In this document: in pieces, positions 49,200-62,005 of the stretch
How the letters are laid out: every line of letters begins with the position of its first letter
Position numbering within the stretch: the stretch's first letter is position 1
Source: Dicyema japonicum
Taxonomy: Eukaryota > Animalia > Dicyemida
Direction: 5' to 3'
NCBI GenBank assembly: GCA_011109175.1
Contig: RDEW01000021.1
Location: 683,295-747,294 of the forward strand
DNA length: 64,000 bases
Position numbers and translations under genes: made by a program
Notes under the pieces: generated by a model
What the model was told of the DNA's origin: nothing
What the model saw: the letters and a program-made list of their open reading frames with translations, nothing else
The model's database searches: none

Positions 49200-51720
49200 A
49201 CTGAATGGTGAAGGCGTTACCTCTGAAAATCGCCATTTAGAGCTTCTACTTCAATCAGAGCCTCTCCCGTGGCTCACACCTTTTTGAGGCGAGTTTGTTT
49301 CCAATGCTGGAGAGAAAAGCGTCCGTCTTCCCTCCCACGGTTCCAGTTGTCTCCACAGCAATGGGGGTGAAATGGTATTGGTCTCCAAGGGATTCGTATT
49401 TACGGATCTTCTTGGCCTCCGCCTAGTCGGCTGCGTCTCCAAAAGAGTGCGTCGGCGTCAGCGATCGGGTTCCTGAGAAGGTGTCCACACACGTTGCGTC
49501 CAAGACGAATGATTTTCCGTGGGATTATGGGAATAACGTCATGCCATCCGGCCTCTACTCGTCGCTTCTGTCTAACAGACAGGTTCCAATTAGGCCGAAA
49601 ATCCTGCGGCCTTGAGGGCTCGAAAAATGATGTCATTGAGGGCCGCGTGACGCGGGGCTCGACCAGCACTTCGGCGGCAAGAGAATGGAAGTAAGCCTTT
49701 CGTATCAACGTCCCCGCCGCAACTGCATTTGTGTCTCTGGCATATGTCCAGTCCTAGGCGCAGTGCCACCTCGACCCTCAGACTGTTTCCGTCAACTTTT
49801 GGCAAACAAAATTTGACTGAAATTCCAAGCCCAACTCTCCCCACAACTTGCTAACTCTATCAAGCTCCTAGTCCAAGGTATGTCCGGTTGCGTTACGTAG
49901 GACTGCTTTGACCAAGCGACTTCAGCTCGCAAGGAATGATAAGTAGGCAGACAGGGCCGTATCAAGGGGGATCTTAACTCAATGCCCCCATTTCTCGCAG
50001 GTAGTTTGCACATTGTCCAGCCCAGATCATCGATTTTGACATTCAGTATTGACTCCGTCGATCGTCTCAGAGTCCCACCAGCTGACAATAGTGCTCTCCG
50101 GTATTCAAAACATAGTGAACACCTCAAAATGTACATCATCTTAGAGATGGAAATACATTTCTTGAGCAAGAAGAAAGACACATGTTGATCCAAAGATGAT
50201 ACTCTCTTTGTAAAGGCTTCAATTTCATCATCCTTACTGGTAAGGCAATTTTCCAGCTCGTCGTTTCCAAGAGGGCAGCAGAGGAAGTGTGCCTTGTCCA
50301 AGGAGGATATGCGAAAACCTGGAAGTAAGGATCTGAATTCTTGGCAGGCAGCAGAAAAGCTTGGAGATATGCAGGAAATACTGATCAGTTCCGATTTCAT
50401 AACATTGACACTTAAACCCAATTGGTTTAGAGCTGGAATGGTTGAAGAAATATCCTGATATACATTCTCCCATGGGCCAGCTATTGTGGCGTCGTTTGAG
50501 TACCACAGGTTGAGTTCGCTGTTTATGTTTCGTGCCACTGTGTGAATTGTTATTGCAAAAGCAAAGACCCTAAAGGGTCTTCCTGCTGAACGCCTGTGCG
50601 TGAATAAACGATATCGTTTTCGTAAACTAAGGCTGAGTCCGTCTCATACGATAAGTGTACAAGTCGGCCAATCTCTGGAGCTCTCTTCCAACAGGTTTCC
50701 AAAATAAAGTCTCTCCTCAGCGAGTTGAAGGCATTTGATATATCAAGCTTCAGGCCTAGCCTTTGGGAATTATTGTTGTTGAAGTAACTCCTCGCGGCGT
50801 GGACTGCTGCCTCGCAACCACCGGTCACTCCCACCCCAAGTTGAGTCGGAAACAGCTCTTCAGCAACATTGTGGGAGACTCTCCGGGCAGCGATTTTAGC
50901 AACAAGCCTTCGAAAGTATGTACTGATCGCAATTGGCAGAATGCCAATAGATGTCCACAAAAAAGAAGATCTCTAGCAAATTTTGGAATATCACCATTAA
51001 CTATTCGAGTGAGCAGCAAAGTGATAGACGTTAACAAGGCACGGCCGGCTTCAGCAGTAGCTTCGGAGGTTAAGTCCTTTACATGGCTTGGTCGCAGTCC
51101 GTCCAGACCTCCGCAGCTACTGGAAGTAAAAGACTTTGCTCCACTCACTACTTAAAATTCCGTGGGAACAAATGCCGGAAAGTCTTCTGGCGTTGTCATG
51201 TTCCGCTGGTTCGATAATGGTTTCGGTTCACTCTCTCTTGAAATGTTTTAGAATCTTCCTGTTTACACCCAGCTTCTGTAGACAACTGTTTACGCCGAAG
51301 TACTTGCTCAGCCTCGATTCATGAGTTTTGCTGCGTTGAAGTGTCCAAAAAGGCAGAAGTATTCTTCTTGATTTTTGAGGCCAGTGAACCGTTACGAGCT
51401 TGCTCTGAGGCAGAAATTCCTAGGGTCATAGATGCAAAGCTCAGTAGACGTATCCAAGAGGCCTGGTCGCTAGTACTGATGGCGTGAGGCATCAGCAGCG
51501 GGAATTCGAGCGGCCTTTGGTATCCTCAGTGGAATCTGTCTACCTTTCCGACTCTCTGATAGGCGTAACAAAAAGGGTTCGAATTGTCCAGAATAAGAGG
51601 GATGACTGAATTCAGCCGGATGACGGCACCGAGTGGGGGATCTGTAGATGGACGGTAAACAGAGTCAGATTTGGCCTGATTTGTTTTCTGATTTTCCTTT
51701 CTTTTTCTCTTCTTTCTTAG
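49200..51720 (-). mobile_element. CRE-clade non-LTR retrotransposon (RT + CCHC + RLE endonuclease), near full length, degenerate
   Basis: GGLDGLRPSHVKD, PIAISTYFRRLVAK, QLGVGVTGGCEAAVH, KLDISNAFNSLRRD, GVQQEDPLG, WYSNDATI, ALRLGL..CSCG..SC..GRAPRHAALND, RPDGMT, AEAKKIRKY, PIAVETTG, LAIFRGNA. Confidence 0.9.
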
Positions 51721-52619
51721 CACCACAACGACCTCAACGAGTAGGGTGCAATTTCAATAATATTAAAAAAAATTTTTTACAGATAAATTTATCATAAAGT
51801 CAAAAAAAGGTCAAAATTTCCGATTTATAAAGTCAAAATAAAATCGCCCTACTAATCACAGATTCCGAAACGTTGCAACAGTGACCTTATCTTGGGTGAA
51901 CCAGATGATATGGTTGATGTGCTTTCACAATGAAAATGCAGCAAAATTATCGGATTTGTTCTAATTTTAGTGAAACATGACTCATTAAAATGAATTTGAT
52001 CAGAATTACAAATATTTAAAACTTAACGCTAATAAATACGCCAGTGTAGTTGAAAATGAGATTTCAGCCAATTTGTGGGGAGAAAATCTAACCACCTGTC
52101 TTTAAGCGATTTTTGTCGAGTAGGTAAAATTCAAATTTGGTTGTGTCAAATTAATTCAAAATTTAATTTTAGGTAAATAAAGTCTAATTTTTATTCACTT
52201 AATAAATTTTTTTCAATTCGTAGAGTTTTTGAATAAATAAGCCATCAAGCTTGGTTTTGAAACAAAAGTAGGACGCCTGGCTACACTAAAAAAACTGCGA
52301 CGAACTTGAGACTCAGTGGCTTCTCCTGTGACGCAACGTCGATTATATCGACGGAGATCATTTTTACAAAAGATATTAAACGTGACGGGTCTTTGGTTCT
52401 TGAAGAACCGTCTAATCACCATGAAAGTCACATGTTACGACGTTTACCTCATCACGAAAAGAAATATGGGCAACGGCAGATATCGACGGAGATCATTTTT
52501 ACAAGAGATATTAAACGTGACGGGTCTTTGGTTCTTGAAGAACCATCTAATCACCAGGAAAGTCACATGTAACGACGTTTACCTCATCACGAAAAGAAAT
52601 ATGGGCAATGCCAGAAATA

Positions 52620-52945
52620 AAATTGTATGATTTCCCGATCCCCATTAAGAAGACCCTTTCAATCCTTGGAGTCATCCTAGATCCTCTCCATTCACTAATC
52701 AAGTAGACCTGGAATCCGCGAGGATACAAAAGAAAATTGGAATTCTCAAGCCTTCTACACACTCTCCAGTATCTTCCCGTCCATCGTTAGAGCTTCTATA
52801 TAAACAATTTGTTCTATCGAGTTTCGAGTAAGCCTCTGCTGCATTTATTACCCCGTTATCACTATCGACACAGAGCAACCTGGAAGTGTTACAAAAACGA
52901 TGTCTCCTCAGAAAAAAGACTGGTGTGGACACCGGGATTATTATT
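52620..52945 (+). mobile_element. Jockey/I-like LINE post-RT fragment
   Basis: SILGVILD, LELLYKQFVLSSFE*ASAA, NLEVLQKRCL. Confidence 0.7.
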
Positions 52946-54119
52946 ATTAACCCCAAGCTTACAATGGTGAGACAAGCACGAACAATCATAACTAATTAAT
53001 CCAATGAAGGAACCAAAGGGAGAACATCTGCTTGTGCCGACCAATCCATCTTCCAACATTTCATTAAATGCTTCCGCTTCCAAGTGGAAAAGAGGGGAGA
53101 AAGTAGGAAAATACTATTCAACTACTGTGTCGTGCCAGAATTGACCTTTCGTGAAAACTCCATATTTCGGATTCAAACCCCGATCCAATGTCATCAGACG
53201 TTACGTTTAGCTAGAAGGCCACCTACTTAGACGACACCGGGGTCACATAATTAGACGACAACTCTTTCTTCTTTCGTGATTTTGAGGTTAATAAATAAAA
53301 TTAATTTTTGATTAATTTTTGTGTTTTTTAATAAAATTTACAAAGTTAAAAAAACAAAAATTATAGGACTCGACATTGGATATACAAAAATCCACACTCT
53401 AGGAAGAATGTGGTCGAAAACTGAAATTATAGTATCTTGATCTACTATGAGTTTAATTTTTAATCGACTAAATGTTACTATCTCTCCTAGGACTAAGGTC
53501 AATGTGAATAGAGTGAAGCGTTATATAAAAGATGCTTCACGCGACCCATAAGAGTTAGTCACATAGCCACACTTGAATCTGTTCAGCCGAATTCTAAGAA
53601 TGAGTCAGAGCACCTCACTAAATGTCATCATTGNTTTTTAATCGACTTAATGTTACTATCTCTCCTAGGACTAAGGTCAATGTGAATAGAGTGAAGCGTT
53701 ATATAAAAGATGCTTCACGCGACCTATAAGTGTTAGTCACATAGCTAGACTTGAATCTGTTCAGCCGAATTCTAAGAATGAGTCAAAGCACCTCACTAAA
53801 TGTCATCTTTAAGGACTACTTTGTAGCATCTGAGGAAAGATTCCGTTGTAGCATGAGAAGATAGACGTTTTACGAAATTCTTAATGATGATCTCAGGCTG
53901 GTAAGGAAAACACCAAGGGATGGTGAAGATCTTAATGTTTTTAGGAGTCTGTCATCAAACAGAGGAAAGATCGGTAACCCGGATCTTCCGAGCACGGCGC
54001 ACATAGAATCATCGTAATGTTTTATAGATGCGACGTGGAATCAAAATAAATCAGAAAACTAAAAAATGAAATTAATTTTAATTCTCCAGTTGATCCCCAT
54101 CCATATCTGAGTGATTATT

Positions 54120-54480
54120 ATTAATAAGCCAAAAAACACCAGGTAAAACTAATTAAAAAAACGCCATCAGGTGATCCCGGCTTCTCTAAGCAATATTATC
54201 ATCTTTTCCAGATGTCGCTCTCGTGAACCGACACATTTTCGATGACACCGTTCTTCTGCCGGTTTTCCATTTTGGGTGAATATTCCGTCGGAATTTTTCA
54301 CAAGGACCTCAACTGGGGTTGCCCTTTTTGGTAGTCCTATGATTCTAGAGATTGTTTTGGTCATATCGGATACGGCGGAGTTGATCTTATCCTTGTTTGT
54401 TCTGGCAAGTTTTGTCCCCCAAGCTGCACATTCATACCTTATAGTTGGTTAGATGAATTGAGTGTATAACGTTTATGATG
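54120..54480 (-). mobile_element. 3' end of Jockey/I-like LINE family
   Basis: PTIRYECAAWG..KTISRIIGLP..KCVGSRERHLEKMIILLREAGIT* plus TAA tail. Confidence 0.8.
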
Positions 54481-54699
54481 AACGGATTGAGGATCCTTTA
54501 AATTTTTGGACGTGATCAGCTTCCTGTGAGTTTCAACGGCGGTTGGTTAAAAAATGAATTGTTCACCGAGACATTCGCATTTCTTCTTCTTTAGGGTCTC
54601 AGCCTTTTCAGAAGTTGAGGCTGGGTGAGTTACTGTAATAGCAAGGTTGGAGGGAGAAGTCGTCCATGAAACCGATATGGATACCTCAGCACTGATGAC

Positions 54700-55170
54700 C
54701 ATTAATATCAAAGAGAATAGCTTTAATTTTGTACAGTAAAGCCATAATTATTAGAAATAATCCCGAAAGAAATCCCATTAAGATCAAAGTTAGCCAGAAT
54801 AAAACAGAAAATTCTTGGTTCATCCACTTCATAAGACAGAAAATTCTACAAATCCTCCGGAATTGCTTCCTGTGGGTACTTAAATCCCATAAATATGAAG
54901 AATGGCATTTGTTTCGTTGTCTCGTGTGTCGAATTGTTGTAATCAAAAACAATTTTTTAAATGAAGAACATAACTCACAAACTCTCCACTGGAAGCGGAT
55001 GTGGAGGATATCCATTTTTTTATTGATTGGTTAAATCTAAATTTATAATTTCTTTTTTTGCCTCTCTACTTGACCTTGTATCCGTAGAGAATGCGGTCTA
55101 CCAAAAACATATATGACTCAAAACTACATTAGCATGTTGGTCATCAATAACAAAAACCATCAGTGTTAAT
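54700..55170 (-). mobile_element. Second, diverged Ginger-like integrase remnant
   Basis: VFGRPHSLRIQGQVER | FNQSIKKWISSTSASSGEF, then with frameshifts FDYNNSTHETTKQMPFFIFMGF; collinear with the 39036-41419 element. Confidence 0.8.
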
Positions 55171-55659
55171 AAAAGCGTGCTAAATATTTTTTTAGTTAAT
55201 TAAAATTAATTATTATTAAGAAACAATTTATATATTGGAAACTAAGTATTTTGATACTGTATCTATTCTTAAATTTTATTTTCTTCCAAAAAACTCAAAA
55301 AAGTGATTGTTAAAATAAAAAAATATATGCAGTAAACTCTCTCAAATATGCCACTCAAATTTGCCAATTATGAAATTTGCCAACATTTAAAAAAATTATT
55401 TTTATTTTTAAATTTTTTTTTATTTTTTATTTTAAATAATTCATTTATTTTTCAAAACAACAAAAAATTATTTATTAACTATGGGGAGAGCGGATGCTGA
55501 CATTACGGAGTAAGCGTTTCTACGGACAACTGCGATCCCAATTCGTTGCCTTAGCCAGACCACTTCCCGCACGTCTTTTCTACGGTGGGTCAATTTCCCC
55601 CCGATTTCCTTTAGGAAAGAGGTTGTTTTTTTTTTAATATTTTCAAAAATTTAAATAAT

Positions 55660-56640
55660 TTAAAGCAAGCATGTGTCGGATTGTTCCTGTTGGAGGACAT
55701 TCAATCGTTCAAAAAGTGGAATATTGCGGTATAAAGAAACCACTAAATCAGCTTCATGTCAGACGATATTCAACAGATTTTCTTTTATTTTTAAAGAGAA
55801 TTTCAAGGACAGTCAATGCAATATAATGAATGCAGAATCGATTTTATTTAAGTTCAAGAACAGAAATCCTAAACTAAAAACTTGTAAAAATAAAATACCC
55901 GGAGCTTGATGAAAATGATTGGATGGATTCAATGGAATCAAAAGGTACACTATTTACTCTAACATTTAAGGTGCTTTATTGAACGATTCTCAATATTACA
56001 TAAGGCAGAATTTTTAGATAAAGAACTTTTATAGCGATATTGGAATGCGAAAGAACTCAGTATATCGATCATATTTTTATTAGCACTTTCACGAGAGCCA
56101 TAATATTTATAGCCCCGCATGTGTAGATGAGTCATATAAGAAGTTAAATATTAGGGATACTGTATTGTTTGTAAAAATGGCATGGGAAGATGTGAAATCT
56201 CAAATAATTTCAAATAATATTTATAGCCCCGCATGTGTAGATGAGTCATATAAGAAGTTAAATATTAGGGATACTGTATTGTTTGTAAAGATGGCATGGG
56301 AAAATGTGAAATCTCAAATAATTTCAAACTGTTTTAAACTTATAGAACTTACAGAATGCGAATTAGAACTTACTAACATGAATGTAACAGGGGAAATCGT
56401 ATCCAGAACAGATATTTATGATCCTATTGAAATATAAGAATTTATTTCAACTGACTACAGATCAACGGAGGCAATTGATAAAGAGGAGACTTAATTGCTA
56501 TTAGGGAACAAGAAGAACCCGGTTGTGTAGAAGTACATGAGTCATTAAACAAGGATGAAATACTTTTAAAATTAAGAGAGATTGAAAATTATCTTCTAGA
56601 AAACATTGAAACTGACAATGATGCACAATTCATTACTTCA
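55660..56640 (+). mobile_element. pogo/Tigger-like transposase remnant
   Basis: KKLNIRDTVLFVKMAWENVKSQIISNCFK matches the DDE_1 family C-terminal motif; 114-bp duplication at 56100/56214. Confidence 0.6.
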
Positions 56641-56700
56641 ATAAGAAGAAATAAAAAAAATATTAAAATTTCTAATAAGAGGGAATTGAGTATTACTTTA

Positions 56701-57027
56701 ATATTATTTATTAATTAAACCCGGATACACCGAGAAAGAAGTTAAAGTAAACAACTAATTAAGTGTATCCAGTTTCCACTTCTACAGAAACAGAGTCCAT
56801 CCGGAATCAACATAAAAGGTAAGACGTCCATTACATGCAGTTGTGGAAACCCCTCCAGTGGAGTGGGGGAGAGCAAATGATCCTTTTTCGTGCCGGCCTG
56901 GCACTGGGCGCCACCTAGACAGGTGGATCACATGACGGCACTCTATTAGGAAGAGAGATGAGAAACAGACAAGCAAAACATAAACTTCAATCAATTAGAC
57001 ACGAAGCACCACATGGCGTCACACGGC
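56701..57027 (-). mobile_element. Second full copy of the ~320 bp SINE-like element
   Basis: Aligns with 39593-39918 from the GCCG 5' start to the ggtgtatccggg tail. Confidence 0.75.
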
Positions 57028-58049
57028 TATTTTCAAAATCTTAATCACTTTAATACAATTTAATTAATTTTTGTTTCCTTGGTTAAAAATATTGTTTTCC
57101 TTAAAAATAAAATTTATTAATTAAAATAGTTTAATTACCTTCAAATAAATTAATTAAAACTGCAAATAAAATTTTATTATGAAATCTGCCAATTCTCAAA
57201 TGTGCCACAATTTCGCTGGAACCAAAAGCGGCAAATTTGAGACATTTTTTAAGTGATTAAAATCATTGACATATTATAATATCTGGGGATAGGAGTTGTG
57301 AAAAAATAGTGATACAAATTGGCCAACTTTTAATAAGAAAAAATAAAAATTTAATTAACACATGTTTTCCAATTCCTCTCGTGGACACTATACTCAAATT
57401 ATAAAAAAATGATGCTATTTCATGCCAGCAGTATCAACCATGTTTTAAATCTTCAAATAAACCAAAGTCTCCAAGCCTTGAAGAGAAATCGGTAGAGTGG
57501 ATAAAGGTAGTAGAGTATAAAGGTACTTTTTGAAAAATCAATTTTCTAGGTGGTTTTCTGAATGATGCTTTAATATTTACTAAGGCGTCATTTTTTCTAA
57601 TGAACAACTCAGTGATTTCAAGAATTCTAATAGATTTTTGGGTAGATTCAAAAGAGACACGGATTCAGAATGCTCAAGTTAGTGTATTTTTTTCAGTTTA
57701 CTATTCTTACTGGAAATTCTTTAGAGAATTCAAAAAATAGTTAACAAGAATCTGAAAAAATACGACCTGTAAGCAAAAAAGATAGTTATAACTACAATAA
57801 AGAGAACTATTCACCAATGTTGATTATGAACATGAGTTTCTCTAATTTCTTCAATAAGAAAGCACAAAGCAAGAAAAAACATTTAGGAATTATATTTTTT
57901 AATAAAACTTAAGGACATTTGTTTATTTAAGGGATTTAAAAAATTCATTGTTCATTGTTATTCAAAATTATTGATTTTATCAAATTGGCCACAAAATTCT
58001 AAGGAACCAAAAATGACCAATTTGCGATTGTCGAGTGTACAACATTATT

Positions 58050-59670
58050 AGGAACGTGGGGGATTAATAGCTAATAATTTTTTGTTCCTCCTCAAGGCAG
58101 TTATATCTAGGGTTCCCCAGTTTTGCCCAAAAAATATCCAAACACAGACTTTGGTGCATCAGATGCTTTCCTAATTCCGAAAGTTCCCGATCCATTGTCT
58201 CTTTAATCCAAGAAAGGAAATAGGAGGTTAAATCCATATTGAAAGATATAGACATACGATTACTATATGCAGGCTAACTGGTAGTTAGCTCTGTTTCTGC
58301 AAGACGGAGTCTCACTAGCCTCAGACAGTCTTCATTTAATATGTTGGTTAGCATGTTCATCAGTTTTTCAATAGGTCTGAGATTTTATAATAATCCTTCT
58401 TTTTCCTAGGTTTTAGTGGTAGTAGTACTCCGTGTCCTATGAGAAAAGGGCTATGCAGTTCAAAGCATTTGTTTAAAAATTCCGCGATAGTTATTCCAAC
58501 GTATTCCGAGGCAAATTCTAACAGCTTCCAGAACACCCTCGTAGCCGACCGAACGGTTATTTTTCAGCAGACTAAATGCATTGATCACCTCTTTTATAAT
58601 ACCGGTAGACAGTGGATTCAGTGTTTCAGTGAATTGACTGATCCTTGCATTGCTAACTTGGATTAATGTCCTGAAATTGTGGCCAATATGATTTGCTTTG
58701 TTTTCCTGATTAAGTATAGGGCGACCCAACTTGTCACATACTTTGACAGATGACCTTGGTGATCCCTCGTTAGAAGTTTGACTGCAGCAAACATTCGACT
58801 CCCATATTGTGTGTTACTGACTTTGTGTGTTTTTTCATCCAAGTATTGAGTCTAACTCCTTTGCTTGGTTTCTTATTTGGTGGAGAATTTTATTCCATTT
58901 TTTCTTAGAGTGTCCCATTTTGACTATTCGGCAGTCCCAGCTTCAAACAAATTTTCTTTTGGTCTTCAGATAACTGTCTGATTGTAGGGTCATATAGCAA
59001 GGATCTTTTCATGCCATTTCGGCAAGATGTCCCCCCGTAACTTCTCGAATCCAGTAGTAATNAAGAATTGACTCATTAACTCCTTTGCTCGGTTTCTTTT
59101 TTGGTGGAGAATTTTATTCCGTTTTTTATTAGAATTTCCCATTTTGACAATTTGGCAGTCCCAGCTTCAAACGAATTTTCTTTTTGTCTTCAGAAAACTT
59201 TCTCATTGTAGGGTCATATAGCAAGGATCTCTTCATGCCCTTTCGGCAAGATGTCCCCCCGTAACTTCTCGAATCCAGTAGTAATATTTTAGGTGAATTT
59301 GTGCAAAGGATGTAGTCAATCTGGTTGGACATTGTTAAAGTTTGCCAATTAATCCCGCATCGGTCGTCTTGTGTTTAGCGGGATGTTCAATACTCGCACT
59401 GAAATAGGCCCATTGCGCTGTAGAAATCAAGAAGGGACTTACGGAAAGATTTCAGAATCCTTTTCCATGCACTCGTAAGCAATCCTAACCATTTCTTGTT
59501 CGAGATAAATTCATATAAAAATCGTCCAGTTCCGCCATGTTTGCTGAAATTCTGCCAGTGTGGGGGGCATATACATTGATTATTGTCATCAGTGAATTCT
59601 TCCTAGACGGGAATATCCGGATTACAGCAATACGGTCATTGATGTTGCATACTTTTTGTAGACGGTCAGT
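58050..59670 (-). mobile_element. Degenerate RTE-like LINE (APE plus RT N-terminal part)
   Basis: TIINVYAPHT, NQIDYIL..DSRSYGG, KEVINAFSLLKNNRSVGYEGV; duplication across n 59062. Confidence 0.75.
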
Positions 59671-60099
59671 AAAAGTTAGATTATTTATTTATTTAAAAGT
59701 TAGATTGATTCCAAAACCAAGGGATAGTGACAAATAACCACTACAAGACAACAAAATAAAATATTATTTATTTGACTTTTTTAAATAAATCAATTTATTG
59801 GAATTAATTATATCAAAAATAATTAAATTAATCTGGGAGTTGGAATGTTTCCTCTGACAATAGCTATCTAGATATGCTCTCAAAGCCATCCAGTCTCACA
59901 TGGATGGACTTTCGACTTTTTTGTCTTCAATAAAAAAATCTAATCCAAACGAGAAATAAGCTGAAGAATTTTGAAAGACAATCAGTGGACGTAACTGAAA
60001 GGATATCAAAACTGAACAAAGATATCACGCGGAACATCACAGAACATAACAAAAACGCTGGGAAGCCTTGAACATCAAAGCTACGAACAATACTTCTCC

Positions 60100-60420
60100 C
60101 ACTGTATTATGGAAATCAATAAGAAAGCTCAAGAAGTGCTCTCCATATTTAATTGGACATTGAGAGTCATGTCCAAATCCCAATGACATTATGAAGTACT
60201 ATGTGAATGTTAGACATTAACAATATTCAAAAGACCTGGATGTTCGTTATGGCAATGATCGATAGAATAAATGTCCCTACATGTCTTTTGTCATGGTTGG
60301 CTAACTCCATCAACTGTCGAATGGACCAAGTGGTGGGAAACAACCAAAAATCAAAACCGCGATACCTTCCAAATGGGGTTCCACAAGGATCACCGCTGTC
60401 TCCAATGGTCTTCAACATGT
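60100..60420 (+). mobile_element. LINE RT fragment
   Basis: LLSWLANS..SKPRYLPNGVPQGSPLSPMVFNM. Confidence 0.8.
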
Positions 60421-60989
60421 AAAAATTAATTTGTCGATAAAATTCCAACCCAATCTTAGAGTTTATCACAATTGGTTGATATGATATCGGGGGACTTATC
60501 AAACATTGAGGTCAAATTATAATTTTCAGTAATATTTTGATTTTTTTAGAATTTGGTAGATTGGTTAATGCTGTTGACGGCTATCCCAATTAGCCTATCA
60601 AGTTTTATTAGCGACAGATGAGCGAAGATCTTTCACTTTGTGTGGGATTTAAACCTTTGTACTTAGTTTGTCCTGGACTACTCTCCTTTATCCAGAACTT
60701 TGGGTTTCCGATTTCTCTTGACTCCGTAATGAGATGAAGAAAGTTGGTTTTCATCAATTATGAAACTAAAATTTCTTCCAATAGAGGTACACTCAACTTC
60801 CGGTCAATAAACTACTCACAAATTATTGATTACCCCCATTGGTCATTAATTATTGATTACCCTCATTTGCCCTTTTGAAATATTGGTTGTAGCAATGACT
60901 AGGGATGTTTCCTAGATCGAAGAATATCTGGGGGATTACAAGATTATCCTTATAATTATGAAAATGGTTATTTTAGTGATAAAGATTAT

Positions 60990-61220
60990 ATGTATATTCC
61001 TCTCTACCAACGGTGAAAGCATTATCCGCCGCAAAAATGACGGGAGAGGTTAAGGGGAAGAAATACCTAGATCTCTTCGACCAGTTCACATTCCGCGCAT
61101 TTGCTGTCGAGACAACTGGCAAAATAAGCAGGAACTATTCTTCTTTTCACAGAGCCTGGAATGTCTGTCAGAAGCCATGACGTCCTTGAAACTCAGTGAC
61201 TTCCTCAGTTGATCTCTATG
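60990..61220 (+). mobile_element. CRE-clade RLE fragment
   Basis: EVKGKKYLDLFDQFTFRAFAVETTG. Confidence 0.6.
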
Positions 61221-62005
61221 AAATGGTTATAACCAATAATCAAGTGATATTTCACATCGATTTCAGCCCATGTAACGAATCCATGAAACTTGACGTCTGC
61301 TGATGACAAGCCCAAAAAATCAATCCCCCGTTCATCCTTTGGAAATGGGCACTCGTTGTTAGGAATGGTTATTATTATGGCAATCTAATTAGCTGCAACC
61401 ACAATAATTGTGGTAAATTTTAGTTTCACGTTATACTCTACAACTCATTCGATTACTAAACGGTCTCGGCTGTTCCTCCTCTCTTTTGCCATCAACGATC
61501 CAATGCCACGAGGAAGGAAAGCGATTGGGACCTGGAATTCCAGCGTTTTCAGCTGCGGTGGGCTTAAACACATAGTCCTACTAAAGTATCGCATTTTAAG
61601 GGTTTCGGCTCTCGCTGGTACCGATTCTGGGTGAGTGGGCATCAAAGGAAAAAGACATCTACACAAGTACGTCCGATGCAAAGTATTTCCCGATCTTCAA
61701 CAGAAAAATATAAAAATTCAAATAATTAAGAAAGACCAGATAAACTCTCAGATTTGACTCAATTGCAAACACGAGCTTCTGATGATCGATACAGGTAGCT
61801 ATATAAAATATTCCATTCATTAAATATTTATTCATAAAACTATATATTGTGTAAACAATAGAAATTAATAAAAATTAATTTATTATAATTAATTTACATC
61901 AAAATTCAATTTAATAAAAAAACTAAATTATGAATTTTTAACAAAAGCATATATTTTTATTTGGTTAACCCGAATTAAATAGAATATTAGAACATTTTAC
62001 AATCA

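Noticed and set aside
53810-54050. Possible Harbinger transposase remnant (KDYF..EERFRCSMRR*TFYEIL)
   Set aside because: Similarity is too short and no TIR or catalytic motif was found; left unannotated.
54686-55034. 109-aa and 101-aa ORFs with a TM-like segment
   Set aside because: They overlap the Ginger-like integrase remnant read in another frame; likely shadow ORFs.
102-59285. Eleven duplications joined by a single N (368, 828, 4976, 16214, 19938, 26038, 31651, 40143, 42502, 53634, 59062)
   Set aside because: A duplicated overlap on both sides of a 1-bp gap is the signature of scaffolding overlapping contig ends; not treated as biology.
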